Below, piece by piece: positions 50,518 to 60,900 of a DNA stretch of 64,000 nucleotides. Numbering within the stretch: position 1 is the first letter of the stretch; each line of letters starts with the position of its first letter. Position numbers and translations under genes: made by a program. The notes below the pieces were generated by a model. That model was not told the DNA's origin. It saw only the letters and a program-made list of their open reading frames with translations, and did no database searches. The stretch spans positions 639,877 to 703,876 of the forward strand of contig CAWFQL010000012.1 of NCBI GenBank assembly GCA_963817915.1, written 5' to 3'. The stretch comes from an uncultured candidate division Zixibacteria bacterium. GTDB taxonomy: Bacteria > Zixibacteria > MSB-5A5 > UBA10806.

Positions 50518-51438
50518 ATGCAAAACAGGAAATTTAAATTCATTATTATTTTGTGCAGTCTGATTCTTTTGCCATCGATTTTAAGAGCATCAGATCCGGT
50601 AAATATTGTCCTGAAATCAGGCGAAAAATATGAAAATGTCTCTTATAAAATCGATAGAGTCAATGGCCTCATTACACTTGAGAAAGATGGTTGGGAGAAG
50701 GATATCAGAATCTGGAATGTCCAATCGATAACCGATATTAACGGCGTGGACATCACCAATAAGTTATTGGGCGTGTCTCGTGGGCCCGATAGCGATATAT
50801 GGCGCTCCGAAAATTCTGAAGTCGTCAGGCAAGCCAGAAGACTTGCATGGACTGCCACCCTCCGTTTTGGAGGTAATTACTCGTTTCCAATGGGAGACTA
50901 TTATGATGGGATTAATTCGGGTATCGGATTCGGAGGAGACATCCGCATAGCGGTTAGCGAAAATATCGCGATAAAGGCTGTCGTAACAAAAACTGGATTG
51001 ACGCTGAGTAATGATATTCACCTGATGACTATCCCGGAAGTCACTATATTGAGTGAGGATTTGAGCTTTAGCGCGTTAAAATTTCTGATTGGCGGTGAAT
51101 ATTATAGACATTTCGATATTACCAAACAGGATTTGAGCATGATTTATTTATTTTGGGGACTTGGCGCAATATCCCATACGACATTAACAAAAGCGACGCT
51201 CCAGCATCAAATCACCGGCGAAATTGCATATGTTGACGACAAATATACGCAAACAAAATTCGCGATGGATTTCGAAATTGGTGTTGTAAAGCAAATATTT
51301 AAGAAGACCGGATTAGATTTTTCAGGCAGCTTCGATATGGTCGCGGTCGGAAAAGCCCAGGAGAGTTATGGAGCTTATGGGAATGTTGCCTATGCTTACA
51401 TTTTGGAATTCAAAGTCGGAATAGTAAGATATTTTTAG
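50518..51438 (+). CDS. Outer-membrane beta-barrel protein with small N-terminal domain
   Basis: GGAGG RBS; signal peptide; amphipathic strands; C-terminal KVGIVRYF. Confidence 0.7.
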   Translation: MQNRKFKFIIILCSLILLPSILRASDPVNIVLKSGEKYENVSYKIDRVNGLITLEKDGWEKDIRIWNVQSITDINGVDITNKLLGVSRGPDSDIWRSENSEVVRQARRLAWTATLRFGGNYSFPMGDYYDGINSGIGFGGDIRIAVSENIAIKAVVTKTGLTLSNDIHLMTIPEVTILSEDLSFSALKFLIGGEYYRHFDITKQDLSMIYLFWGLGAISHTTLTKATLQHQITGEIAYVDDKYTQTKFAMDFEIGVVKQIFKKTGLDFSGSFDMVAVGKAQESYGAYGNVAYAYILEFKVGIVRYF

Positions 51439-51469
51439 TTTTACTATAAGCCATTACAGGAGATTACCA

Positions 51470-52039
51470 ATGACATCCAAAAGATTGTTCATGCTTTTTT
51501 CGACGGCATTGATTTTTTGCGGGGTTACATCATGCACTCCTTATAAGATAACCTTACCGCTGGAAAAGCCGATTAATCCTCCAGCAACTTGCACTCTTGG
51601 CGAAATATCAGATGGATTGCCAATGAAGATGGAAGAATCTGCCAGGCCGACTCTCGAGGAAGTGAATAAACTCAGGGCGCATTTGTATAATGAATTGAAC
51701 AGCGTAGAGTTATTTGAGATGCTCGCGGATGGCGATACCAGCGCCAGGTATGAAGTAGGCGGTACCATCGAGCATTTCAAACGGGGCAGCGGCATAGCAC
51801 GATTTCTAATTGGATTCGGACTTGGCAATGCCCAGCTGATAGTAAAACTTGAAATGTATGATAGATTGGAAAAACAATATATATTCGGCGGCGATTTTAA
51901 GGCTGAAGTCGCGGATTGGCTCACAAAAGGGGATGAAGTTTTCAAACGAGCGGGACGTGATTTTGCCCGCACCTTCGCAAAACAGCAAAAAAAATTGATT
52001 AAGGCGGAAGAGCAAAAAAATAAAGGCGATGATAATTAG
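51470..52039 (+). CDS. Lipoprotein, DUF4410-like
   Basis: Lipobox VTSC; GS..ARFLIGFG.G motif. Confidence 0.7.
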   Translation: MTSKRLFMLFSTALIFCGVTSCTPYKITLPLEKPINPPATCTLGEISDGLPMKMEESARPTLEEVNKLRAHLYNELNSVELFEMLADGDTSARYEVGGTIEHFKRGSGIARFLIGFGLGNAQLIVKLEMYDRLEKQYIFGGDFKAEVADWLTKGDEVFKRAGRDFARTFAKQQKKLIKAEEQKNKGDDN

Positions 52040-52093
52040 CGAAATTCGCCTATCAGTCGCCTTAATATTTCCCTGTACTAAATAATATTTCAT

Positions 52094-52125
52094 GGTCGTC
52101 AGGATTTCATCCATGACGACCTTTT
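52094..52125. terminator. Hairpin between convergent genes
   Basis: GGTCGTCA...TGACGACC followed by TTTT. Confidence 0.55.
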
Positions 52126-52135
52126 ATTAATAGCG

Positions 52136-53113
52136 CTACTTTTTCAATTTATATTCGGCCGGAACTTCGAATTTGCCATCTTCAACCGTCGTTTTTTCGA
52201 GACTCAATATTTCATACGTCATTGAGAATGCTTTTTGCCTGCCGGTGTTGGATTGGTCCGCGGCTTTGTCTTCAGATTTATCCTTCTTCTTTTTCCCGAA
52301 TAGCCCGCCTAATTTATTCATGACCTCTTGAGAGCCATCATCGCCGCCCTCTCCTTTATCCATAGATTCCTTATTTCCCTGTGAGGCGAGGCTGCTTTCG
52401 ACTGTCATAGCCATTTTAATCGGATATCCTGGGACTTTTTCCATATCCGGGGCCATCATTTGAAATTGACCGCCATATTGCGACATCATCTTGTCCATAC
52501 CCTGCTGGGCCATCATTTCATCGATTCCAGCCGCCTTGGCATAGTTTTTCTGATATTCTGTCATTTCATCGGCGCCCGGGGCATTCTGAGTACGCCATTG
52601 CTCATTGGTGACAAACATGGTGTCTCGCGGGTCCCTTGTATTTACCCCGGTAGCTTTCCCGATTACCCCTTTGCACTCAAAGCCATTTATGGTCTGCGGC
52701 TGGTCGATTGTCTTGACTTCGACAGTCCAGGTATAATCTGATTTTTCGGTATCGGGAGGAGCTTCTCCTTCTTCTGTCTGCTTCAATGTCTCTTTTATAG
52801 AGGCTAGAGGAGTTTCTTTATATGTCTTTTTGTCATTGTTGATTTCCCACAAGACAAGTTTATCCAGGCGAGTGATATTTTCAGTTTGTTGCGGCTTGCC
52901 CTTTGACATAAACGGGATCAATGAATTCGTGATGGTAACCTTAGAATCGGTCATGCTTCGGTCGCTTTTGATATACTCTGTTCCCTCGACCGTCGTGCTC
53001 ATGATTGACGCTATATCCATGTTTGACTTATGCTTGATGATGACGTCCGAATATGATGCCGCAAACGGGATTAAGATCATCAGGACAATAAGAGTCAGGT
53101 TAATCTTTTTCAA
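52136..53113 (-). CDS. Secreted protein, DUF4412/GLPGLI-like
   Basis: Signal peptide; KKTY.E, TINGFECK, PGYP.K, C-terminal FEVPAEYK. Confidence 0.65.
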   Translation of the reverse strand: MKKINLTLIVLMILIPFAASYSDVIIKHKSNMDIASIMSTTVEGTEYIKSDRSMTDSKVTITNSLIPFMSKGKPQQTENITRLDKLVLWEINNDKKTYKETPLASIKETLKQTEEGEAPPDTEKSDYTWTVEVKTIDQPQTINGFECKGVIGKATGVNTRDPRDTMFVTNEQWRTQNAPGADEMTEYQKNYAKAAGIDEMMAQQGMDKMMSQYGGQFQMMAPDMEKVPGYPIKMAMTVESSLASQGNKESMDKGEGGDDGSQEVMNKLGGLFGKKKKDKSEDKAADQSNTGRQKAFSMTYEILSLEKTTVEDGKFEVPAEYKLKK

Positions 53114-53298
53114 TCATTCCTCCTTGTTTCTCTATTATTAATCTATTCATTGAATTAGAATAGGGGAGATTCCCGAATCCTGGCAAGAATAATTTTCTCG
53201 CTGTAGCCTTATTGATTTGAAACGATCAGAAGTTTTCAGTGATACAAAATTCAACATTATCTTGCAGGATTCGATATTTTTAGATAAATATACCGACC

Positions 53299-54651
53299 AT
53301 GTTAATAGGTAGATCAATGAATAATAAAACCAATCAGGTCAGAGCCTACGTGGTTACGGCTGATATGGGATTAGGCCATCAGCGCGCCGCTCATCCATTG
53401 GCTTATATGGCGGAAGGCGGCATTATCACCGCCGGCGATCCCCAATATACGGACCCATCCGAAATGAAGTTCTGGAAACGGATTCGAATTACATATGAAT
53501 TTGTATCGCGCCTCAAGGGGATTCCTTTAATCGGTAATTTCTTATTCGATATGATGGATAAAATGTTGAAAATACCTCCTCTTTATCCGTTGAGAGACTT
53601 GTCAAAACCCTCGATTAATAACCATTTGGTCGATTATGTAATCAAGCGCGGACTGGGCAATCAGCTTTTAAAGAAGATGAATTCCAACAAACTTCCCATG
53701 ATAACCACGTTTTATGCTCCCAGTCTTGCTGCCGACTATCATCATTACCCGCAGATTTATAGCGTCATCTGCGATGCCGATCTCAACCGGGTATGGGTTG
53801 CCACCAAACCGAGGGAAAGTAATATTTTCTTTTTTGCGCCTTGTGGCCGTGTGATGCGCCGTCTGCGGGGATACGGCGTTCCCGATGATAGGATTTTTAT
53901 CACCGGTTTTCCATTGCCAAAATCGAATATTGGCGGAACCGAAATGCCGATACTGAAATCCGATTTTTTGAGGCGTGTGGGACGGCTCGATCCCAAGGGC
54001 AAATTTGCCGCAATTTTCGGATCGACTGTTCGAGAAATTCTTGGATCAAGGCCCCTGCCGGTATTCGGGATTGAACCGGTGACGATTACTTTCGCCGTGG
54101 GCGGAGCCGGTGCGCAAGTGGAAATCGGACAGCAGCTGGCATCGAGTCTAAAGGAAAGTATCATGAATGGTGAATTTCGATTGAAGCTAATCGCGGGGGT
54201 TAATCGACGGGTTGAAAAAATATTCAATGACTACCTCTATCATATCGGGCTGTCGCCCGCCCTATATAAAGGGGTTGAGGTAGTCTGCGAAGATATTAAG
54301 AGTATATATTTCGATAGATTTAATTCGATCATGCGAGAGACAGATATTTTATGGACCAAGCCCAGCGAATTATCCTTCTATTCGGCGCTTGGTATCCCTA
54401 TTATCATGGCGCCTACGATCGGCTCGCAAGAAGACAAAAATATGAAATGGCTTATGGATAAAAGCTGTGCTATTCCGCAATATAAGCCGCATCTTGCCGC
54501 CGAATGGCTCAGAGATATGTTAAAAGACGGGATTCTGGCCGAAAAAGCATTCAATGGCTTTATGAAAAATCGAAAATTAGGCGTTTATAAAATCGAGGAA
54601 GTCCTCGCCACCGGCAATCTGATTCGCCAAACCGATCCCATGAAGCGATAA
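53299..54651 (+). CDS. GT-B glycosyltransferase-like protein (MGDG synthase/UgtP-related)
   Basis: ADMGLGHQRAA, I.ITGFP, VGGAG, TKPSELSFY, P.IGSQE..N; start may be 53317. Confidence 0.65.
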   Translation: MLIGRSMNNKTNQVRAYVVTADMGLGHQRAAHPLAYMAEGGIITAGDPQYTDPSEMKFWKRIRITYEFVSRLKGIPLIGNFLFDMMDKMLKIPPLYPLRDLSKPSINNHLVDYVIKRGLGNQLLKKMNSNKLPMITTFYAPSLAADYHHYPQIYSVICDADLNRVWVATKPRESNIFFFAPCGRVMRRLRGYGVPDDRIFITGFPLPKSNIGGTEMPILKSDFLRRVGRLDPKGKFAAIFGSTVREILGSRPLPVFGIEPVTITFAVGGAGAQVEIGQQLASSLKESIMNGEFRLKLIAGVNRRVEKIFNDYLYHIGLSPALYKGVEVVCEDIKSIYFDRFNSIMRETDILWTKPSELSFYSALGIPIIMAPTIGSQEDKNMKWLMDKSCAIPQYKPHLAAEWLRDMLKDGILAEKAFNGFMKNRKLGVYKIEEVLATGNLIRQTDPMKR

Positions 54652-54726
54652 TTTCATCTACTTTCCCAGTAAATCTTAAATCTTTACCCAGTCGAATGGA
54701 TTCAATATATTGCCTTAAGCAATTTT

Positions 54727-55536
54727 ATGAAGAGAGCACAAAAACTACCCCGCTTTGTCGACGCCATTAAACGTCACGCCTCGAACATTATACCCCGTTT
54801 GACATTGCCTCGATTGCATAATCTGGCTTTAAATTATTATGAAATGAGATTCAAGAAAGCCAGATTACGATCATTTCCATTTATTGCCAAGATTGAAGCT
54901 GCCAATATCTGCAATCTCAAGTGTCTCGGATGCAGAAGCGGCGATATCCTGGTAACATATCCATCGGGCAAAATGGAGATTTCGCTTTTCGAGAAAATCC
55001 TGGATCAAAATGGCAAGTATTTATTCGAAATTATATTTTATCTCTGGGGCGAGCCAACCTTGAATCCCAACCTGCCTCAATTAATAAAAATGGCTCATGA
55101 TAAAAATATCTCAGTAACTATCAGCACCAATCTTCATTTTCTCGATGAAGCGTTATCCGAGAGATTATTGGAATGTAAATTGGACAAATTGATAGTCTGC
55201 CTCGACGGGTTTTCGCAGAAAAGCTACGAGACAATCCGTATTTCAGGCGATTTTGTTAAGGCCAAAAAGAATCTTGAATATTTCGCGAAGCTCAGAAATA
55301 AAAAGAATGCCTCAAAGCCCCATATCGAATGGCAATATATACTCACCGACGAGACTTTCCCGGAATTGGAAGCAGCTGAAAAATTCGCCGACGAAATAAA
55401 AATTAATAGATTTGTAGTCCTGCAGGATTGGGCAGGGAGGCTGACTGATTGGAAATACACAGCAAACGTGATCCGTTGGCTCAGCCAGGGATTTCCAAAG
55501 CGCTGCCACCGCATCACACCATCGTGCGCAAACTGA
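54727..55536 (+). pseudogene. Radical SAM protein, truncated at the segment junction (expected C-terminal part missing)
   Basis: CNLKCLGC (CxxxCxxC), WGEP.L, STN, LDG...Y..IR..G.F. The last ~25 codons run into the GC-richer segment. Confidence 0.8.
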
Positions 55537-55614
55537 TATTTCCAAAATTACCGGCCCGATTATATTTCGCGCCGCGCAGGGCTCTGTAGTTGCCATTTCT
55601 GCGTCAGGACACAG

Positions 55615-55941
55615 GTGATTAAATTGGATAGCCCGCAGCCGAACCCCATCAACGATCAACCGGTACCGTCGCAGCCGGTGGAAGCCATGCCTGACGATGT
55701 CTTGAAGTCCGATGCCGACGTCCTAGCCTCCGACGTCTTAGGCTCCGATGTCTCAGGCTCCGATGTCTTGGGCTCAATCGACATCGAACAGCAATCGCAA
55801 GCTGAGTCCGCCACCGGCCTGCGGAGAGTGAGAGCGCTATGGCCAATGGCATTGATTGCTGTAGCCGGCGTCGCCACCGTCGGATGGCTGGTCGGGTTAG
55901 GCTGGGCCGCGGTCGCGCTGGTTCGAACGCTTGCAGACTAG
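55615..55941 (+). CDS. Small membrane-anchored hypothetical protein with DVLxS repeats
   Basis: Acidic repeat region plus C-terminal TM segment ATVGWLVGLGW; start uncertain. Confidence 0.55.
   Translation: MIKLDSPQPNPINDQPVPSQPVEAMPDDVLKSDADVLASDVLGSDVSGSDVLGSIDIEQQSQAESATGLRRVRALWPMALIAVAGVATVGWLVGLGWAAVALVRTLAD
55696..55776 (+). repeat. Imperfect 15-bp coding tandem repeat (5 copies)
   Basis: GATGTCTTGAAGTCC, GACGTCCTAGCCTCC, GACGTCTTAGGCTCC, GATGTCTCAGGCTCC, GATGTCTTGGGCTCA. Confidence 0.8.
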
Positions 55942-56252
55942 AGCACAAAATTGAAAAATTGAGATGCTTTCATCATTGCGCAAACGATCATGCCCCATAG
56001 AGCGAAGTTGATTTCGAGTGCGGCCAGCATTTGATATCTCCCCGTGTCGACGGACGTCAAACCCGCCGAAGTTGCATTTAAGAATAACGAAGGCCGAGAT
56101 GATTTCCAGTTGTGGCCATGCGGATTGTTGTGGAAAACATCCGTTGACGCAGCGAGCACCTTGAAACTCACGCACGAAATCGGGGAACGCTTCTGCCAAA
56201 AGGGAAGGGCCCCGGATCGCACCGAGGCCCTGGCCGCCCGGGGGATGATGAC

Positions 56253-56603
56253 CTAACCCGAGAATTGCCTTGCTCGGTAAGCATAGAACGCTCGAAGGCC
56301 TCGTGCTTTGGCATCACGGCTGGCAGACGATGTTCTGAGTGCGTCCAAGGCTGCGACGAAGTGTGCCACCGCATCTTCCGTGCTCGTTGCCGCCGCCTCC
56401 ATGAGAAGAGCATTATGAATGGTCGGGTTCATTTTCATGAAATTTATGCCGACGGCTTGGAGTGCTGCCGTCAGTTCCACCTGTGCTTGCTTTGCCTGCT
56501 GAAGGTTTATGACCTTTGCCTGCTTTGCTGGCGGAAGGTTTAAAATCTGCGCTTGTTTCGCCTGCTGCAGTTGTTCTCTGGCTGCTTTAAAAATTCCGAA
56601 CAT
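56253..56603 (-). CDS. Hypothetical protein with internal (Q/P)AKQA repeats
   Basis: 116-aa ORF; three AKQA units; helical composition. Confidence 0.5.
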   Translation of the reverse strand: MFGIFKAAREQLQQAKQAQILNLPPAKQAKVINLQQAKQAQVELTAALQAVGINFMKMNPTIHNALLMEAAATSTEDAVAHFVAALDALRTSSASRDAKARGLRAFYAYRARQFSG

Positions 56604-56938
56604 ATCTTGACGCCTTACCGGGAACGGAAAGCCAAAGCTTAGCAGTTCGCGCGGAGGATGGCGATTTTAAGGGCGTGGTAGCTCGGTAGGGGACGCCAAT
56701 GAATCACGTCGCGCCCGCCACGGTCGCAGGGTTCGTGCGCCAGCTGCCATTCGGCTGACGATGTCGGGGTGCCGAAATTCCGATGATCCGGTTAAGCCGA
56801 CGCGGAGACGGGACCCACGCCGGGATCTCACGGTGAAGCGGTACACCCCTGACATGCGCTGACTTTCCTCGCCGGGTTTGTCGTCAGGCGGTCGTCTCCA
56901 CCGGTGCGAATGCAAGGTACGGTCGTGCGGGTGACGAC

Positions 56939-57250
56939 CTAGTACCTAACCGAGACCACCGGCTGTCCTGCGGCGCGGCAGCACACCCCGGGGGGCGGAC
57001 CGTAGTAATGAGTTGTTCCCGGATACCAGCCGTAGCCGAAGAATGGTACGGTCAACGGGTTACCGCCCCGTACGCCCTGTATCAGCTGGCTGGGAGCACC
57101 CCGGCCGTAATAATACCGATGGTGGGGCACTGATCGGGCGATTGGAGGCGGGGTTTCGATGATCTCGGCCGCCCTGGCTGCGCCGGCAAACCCGGATACG
57201 CTGGTGGTCAGCAAGGCAGCTGCGGCGAGATTTCGAAGTGAAGTCGACAT
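56939..57250 (-). CDS. Small secreted Pro/Tyr/Gly-rich hypothetical protein
   Basis: GGGGAG RBS before ATG 57250; signal peptide MSTSLRNLAAAALL...ARA. Confidence 0.6.
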   Translation of the reverse strand: MSTSLRNLAAAALLTTSVSGFAGAARAAEIIETPPPIARSVPHHRYYYGRGAPSQLIQGVRGGNPLTVPFFGYGWYPGTTHYYGPPPGVCCRAAGQPVVSVRY

Positions 57251-57361
57251 TCGTTGCTCCCCTTTTGGGGTTGGGTGTGCACCGGCACGGCTTACGCAAT
57301 TTGCAGTTTGCCCTACCTTGGCAAAGAGAGGAAGGCCCATCAGAGACTGAAGACAATGCCT

Positions 57362-57908
57362 TCAGAGTCTCTCTAGCGTGATGAGGGGGGCGCGGGCGCA
57401 GAATTCTCTCGACCGGATACGTTCTTGCGCGCGGCGCCAAGCGCCGGAGTATGATACACTGCATTCGCTATTGCTACCGATGGACTCGCCGGGAACCGAG
57501 ACAAACGTCGTACCAGTCTGCACGTCGAATATTTCAACGCTCGTCCTTAGCGCGCACACTTTAGCAGGATCGACAACGTCGCCGATGCTCACGATCGCTC
57601 GCACGAGTTTCGATGGATGTGATGCCGGCACGGAAATCGACTCCCCGGCCTTCAATTGCACCGTCGTCGGCTTGCCGATCAGGGAACCGTCAGCGCCAAA
57701 GAAACTCACCTGCACTTGGCATGGGGCTAGATGAGTACCATTCGCGGGTGCGAGTACATTCGAGACAATGGCGCGCGCACTCTGACCACCAGTGAGAGAC
57801 ATGGCTGCGAAGCGGGCGCCTTCGACCCTGGGCGAAGCCGATAGCGCAACGGCCTGCGTCTAAATTACCGATGGCAAGGGCCAAACCTGCAAATAGAATT
57901 GTTTTCAT
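57362..57908 (-). pseudogene. Secreted beta-rich hypothetical protein, frameshifted near 57810-57860
   Basis: Signal peptide MKTILFAGLALA (GGGAG RBS) is in a different frame from the body ORF 57362-57802. Confidence 0.5.
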
Positions 57909-58412
57909 TTTTGTCTCCCCAATTTCCCGGACGCCCGCCGGTGATCCAAAACTTCATAAGTGCTGGGCCCGAAGAACGTTCGAAAACACGCCACTCAAAA
58001 ATCCCTTTTCATACGAATGAACCAAAACCCGGATTGGGCCTCGTTAAGCTCGATCGCTGCCCCGCACCTGGCTTTCTCGCTCGAAAGTACAAGCCCTGGC
58101 GTCGGCTAAACCGCCGAATTTGCTGCGCTAACTTAGCAGACCGTCGCCTGCCCCGCCAAGCCAATGGCCGCGCGGGGCGCCGCGGGAAAGGGCGTCCAAT
58201 CCGCTAATCCCGCTTGTCAGGCATCCGTCAGGCTCGATGCGAGGGAGGATGGCGCAACAACTCCATCGTGGGCAACTGGGCGCAGGAAGTCGGGCGCGTT
58301 AAGGCCGATCCCGTCGTGATCGACAGGTGCGCTTTAACATCTGTGCAATCGCGCCCGCCGCTCCGGCCATAACAAACTTACTGATCGCGAATTTGCTTCC
58401 GTCCATCTTGGT

Positions 58413-59321
58413 TTAACGCTTTCCTGATGACATCCCGTTTGCTCTTGGCGGCCATTTACAGGCCACTGCCAGTTTTTCGCGCACCGCATCCAATCCGGCG
58501 AGCTGGAACGCTGCTTCATGGCTGGGACCGGGCCCATCGAACACCTTGATTTTCAGTTGCGCGCCTTCTGGTAGCGATCGCAAAAGCCCGACTGCTTGAC
58601 CTTTGTAACTCGCGATCTTTCCGTGCCCAGACACAGCCCAGGGTAGCCTAACGAAGGGTTGCTCGTTGATTTGATAGGCGACTTGAACTTCGCCGGCGCG
58701 CGACGCGCGCCATGTCCCCTCCGTGCGAACCTGGAGTTCGGTGAATAGTGCACTACATCGAATAACGAGAGTGTTCGGCGCGTCCTTCACCTTCGACGGC
58801 GAACGCAGTGCCGCGGTGATCAAAGGGGTGTAATCCACGGGTGAGGTCATTTCGCTTAAGACCCAGTTTGTATTCTGTGGTTTTGTCGGGATATCGACGG
58901 ATCGCGCGGGCAAGTTTGGCGAAACTGCTGCAGTCGGTTCTTCTGGTGAGACGGTTGCCCCGGGCTTTTCCGCCGGAGCTGTTCCAGTGGACTTGTCTGG
59001 CGAGACGGTTGCACTGGGCGTTTTTTGCAGAACCGCTCCGGTGGAATTGTCTGGCGATACAGTGGCAGCGGGCGTTTCCGCCGGTGCAGATCCAGCAGGC
59101 ATTCCTGGCGGAGTGTGCTCCAAGCATTCGCGCGCCATCCTGCGTGCGTTCCGGCAATCAGAGCTCTCAACCGCATCAATTCTCGGGTCATAACAAATCT
59201 CGGCGGCAGTGCGAGCCAGTCGAAGGCAAAATTCGATGCCCGTCACTCTCTCGTTCGCCGGTTGAGCGCAGACAGCCGCGCTCACACCGGAGAGCACGAT
59301 GGCGATTAACGCTACCCGCAT
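58413..59321 (-). CDS. Exported protein with Pro/Ala/Thr-rich linker and VasI/TagO-like C-terminal domain
   Basis: TGATG overlap with the TAXI gene; signal peptide; ATVSP repeats; W..SE..SPVD...LVIRC...F.L.GL...C.W. Confidence 0.55.
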   Translation of the reverse strand: MRVALIAIVLSGVSAAVCAQPANERVTGIEFCLRLARTAAEICYDPRIDAVESSDCRNARRMARECLEHTPPGMPAGSAPAETPAATVSPDNSTGAVLQKTPSATVSPDKSTGTAPAEKPGATVSPEEPTAAVSPNLPARSVDIPTKPQNTNWVLSEMTSPVDYTPLITAALRSPSKVKDAPNTLVIRCSALFTELQVRTEGTWRASRAGEVQVAYQINEQPFVRLPWAVSGHGKIASYKGQAVGLLRSLPEGAQLKIKVFDGPGPSHEAAFQLAGLDAVREKLAVACKWPPRANGMSSGKR

Positions 59322-60346
59322 CACGGATGCCCGCTTTGTCTGGTCGTATTTGGCTTGGTCGTATTCGCACGATCGAGCCACTCCTGGGCGGCTTGAAAGC
59401 GCTTTAAGCCAGGGGCAGGTGTGGTTAGATCGACGTCGTGCCATTTCGGGTCGAAGCCGGGCGACTGCAGTCTGTCCACCCGAGTGAAAAGCTCATCAAC
59501 AAAACGCGCAAGTCGACGATAGCGCGGCGATCCCGGACTCCAGTTGTGCGAGGCAAGAACTGTCGGAACCGCAATCGTGGCGATCCGCTCGCCCTTGGCG
59601 ATCAGGTTGGGATAATCCGTTGGCTCAAGATGCGAGGGGAGATAGTAATCTTCGAATTTCGCCTCATATTCGACCGGCAGGAATTTGAAACCCTCCTCCC
59701 ATTTTCCCCTTACGAAGGTGTCGACGGGCTTCGACGTCACAAAGACGACGGCGGCAATCTCTCCACGCCTCATCTGCTCCAGAGCGACAGGGTGGGGGAT
59801 AAACAGCTTCTCGACATCCAGGCCGAGGCGGCTGAAAATCAACGGACCGGAGTAGGCGGCGGCGGTACCTTGGGTATTGAAGTTGACCTTCTTGCCGGCC
59901 AAGTCCGCGAGCGATCGAATTTCCGGCCGAACGAAGATGTGCAACTCTGAGGGAAAAAGACTTAGAATGTAAGTAATGCGCTGCTGGATTTGCGGTACTT
60001 CGGATTTATACTCTTCAAGCGAGTTACTGTTGATGATCGCCGCATCAATCCCTTTGAGGTGCAATAGATCGTTTACATTTTCGGTGGGACCGCGCGTTAC
60101 GATTGGGAGAACGTGCATTGCACCGCCGTCGTTCACCACTCGGGCGATTTCCGCCGCGAAATGGATGGGGGCACCCTCCAGCAGACCACCGGCCAGGCCT
60201 ATCGTCGATGCATTGAGCCGATCTCTGATCTGTGCCTCGCTCGAAATGGCAGGCCGATGATAAGTTCGAGGGGATTGCGCGATACCTGAACCGCAGAGGG
60301 CGAACGTAACGATCAAGAGGGCTGCAAGTTTTGTCACCACTGTCAT
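59321..60346 (-). CDS. TAXI family TRAP-type solute-binding protein
   Basis: Signal peptide; G..EN..DLL.L.G.D.AI, E.HI..R..I.S..DL.GKKVN, YPNLI, TIAV..VL. Confidence 0.85.
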   Translation of the reverse strand: MTVVTKLAALLIVTFALCGSGIAQSPRTYHRPAISSEAQIRDRLNASTIGLAGGLLEGAPIHFAAEIARVVNDGGAMHVLPIVTRGPTENVNDLLHLKGIDAAIINSNSLEEYKSEVPQIQQRITYILSLFPSELHIFVRPEIRSLADLAGKKVNFNTQGTAAAYSGPLIFSRLGLDVEKLFIPHPVALEQMRRGEIAAVVFVTSKPVDTFVRGKWEEGFKFLPVEYEAKFEDYYLPSHLEPTDYPNLIAKGERIATIAVPTVLASHNWSPGSPRYRRLARFVDELFTRVDRLQSPGFDPKWHDVDLTTPAPGLKRFQAAQEWLDRANTTKPNTTRQSGHP

Positions 60347-60518
60347 GTAAATTCCACTCAACAAAAATTTTGAACACTTGGCGGGCGATCTGACCGTCTT
60401 CAACTTTGACGTCCGTTTGGCCGCCATTCCCCCTTAAATAGAAGCATTGGTAGCGCTGCTCGTCCTCCATGAGGACAGCGAGGCCGCCCCCCGGCAGCTT
60501 ATGGAATTTTAGATTAAA

Positions 60519-60532
60519 TTGATACGGATCAA
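60519..60532. promoter_or_regulatory. FNR/FixK-type binding site
   Basis: Perfect TTGAT-ACGG-ATCAA in an intergenic region. Confidence 0.7.
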
Positions 60533-60624
60533 TGCACTAATGAAAGGCTGTTGGAGCCTGAATGAGCCTCAAAACTGTTTGCGGTCAACTGGTGCTCATT
60601 ACCGCTGGCCCTGTCCAGCAATTA

Positions 60625-60651
60625 GGCCGGCAGAAATGCCGGTCTTTTTTT
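60625..60651 (+). terminator. Orphan intrinsic terminator
   Basis: GGCCGGCA-GAAA-TGCCGGTC followed by TTTTTTT. Confidence 0.8.
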
Positions 60652-60683
60652 GGTAATGACCAAAACCGCGCGAGCCGAGATCA

Positions 60684-60900
60684 GGTGCGATGGGCCTCGA
60701 TTTGGCCAACAGCATTTTTCAGGCTCATGGCGTTGATGCGACCGGGCGGTTTGTTGTTCGCAAGTCGCTTCGGCGGTCGCAGATGCTGCGATGTTTCGCC
60801 AAGTTGCCTTCTTTTTGCCTGGTCGGCATCGAGGCGTGCGGCACGTCGCATCACTGGACGCGCGAGCTGATCAAGCTCAGCCATGAGGTGCGCCTGGCGC
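60684..60900 (+). mobile_element. IS110-family transposase N-terminal fragment (remnant)
   Basis: GLDLA..IFQ.HGVD, RK.LRR, CLVGIEACGTSHHW.REL....HEVRL, then homology ends. Confidence 0.88.

Noticed and set aside
159..55517. Numerous short antisense or alternate-frame ORFs in the ORF track overlapping long genes
   Set aside because: Shadow ORFs with no motifs or RBS, fully inside well-supported genes
57282..57297. GG-N10-GC sigma54-like sequence (CGGCACGGCTTACGCA)
   Set aside because: On the plus strand with no credible plus-strand gene downstream; weak -12 element
60560..60690. IS110 bridge RNA upstream of the transposase fragment
   Set aside because: The element is a short remnant without its native start or identifiable ends; no supportable bridge-RNA structure
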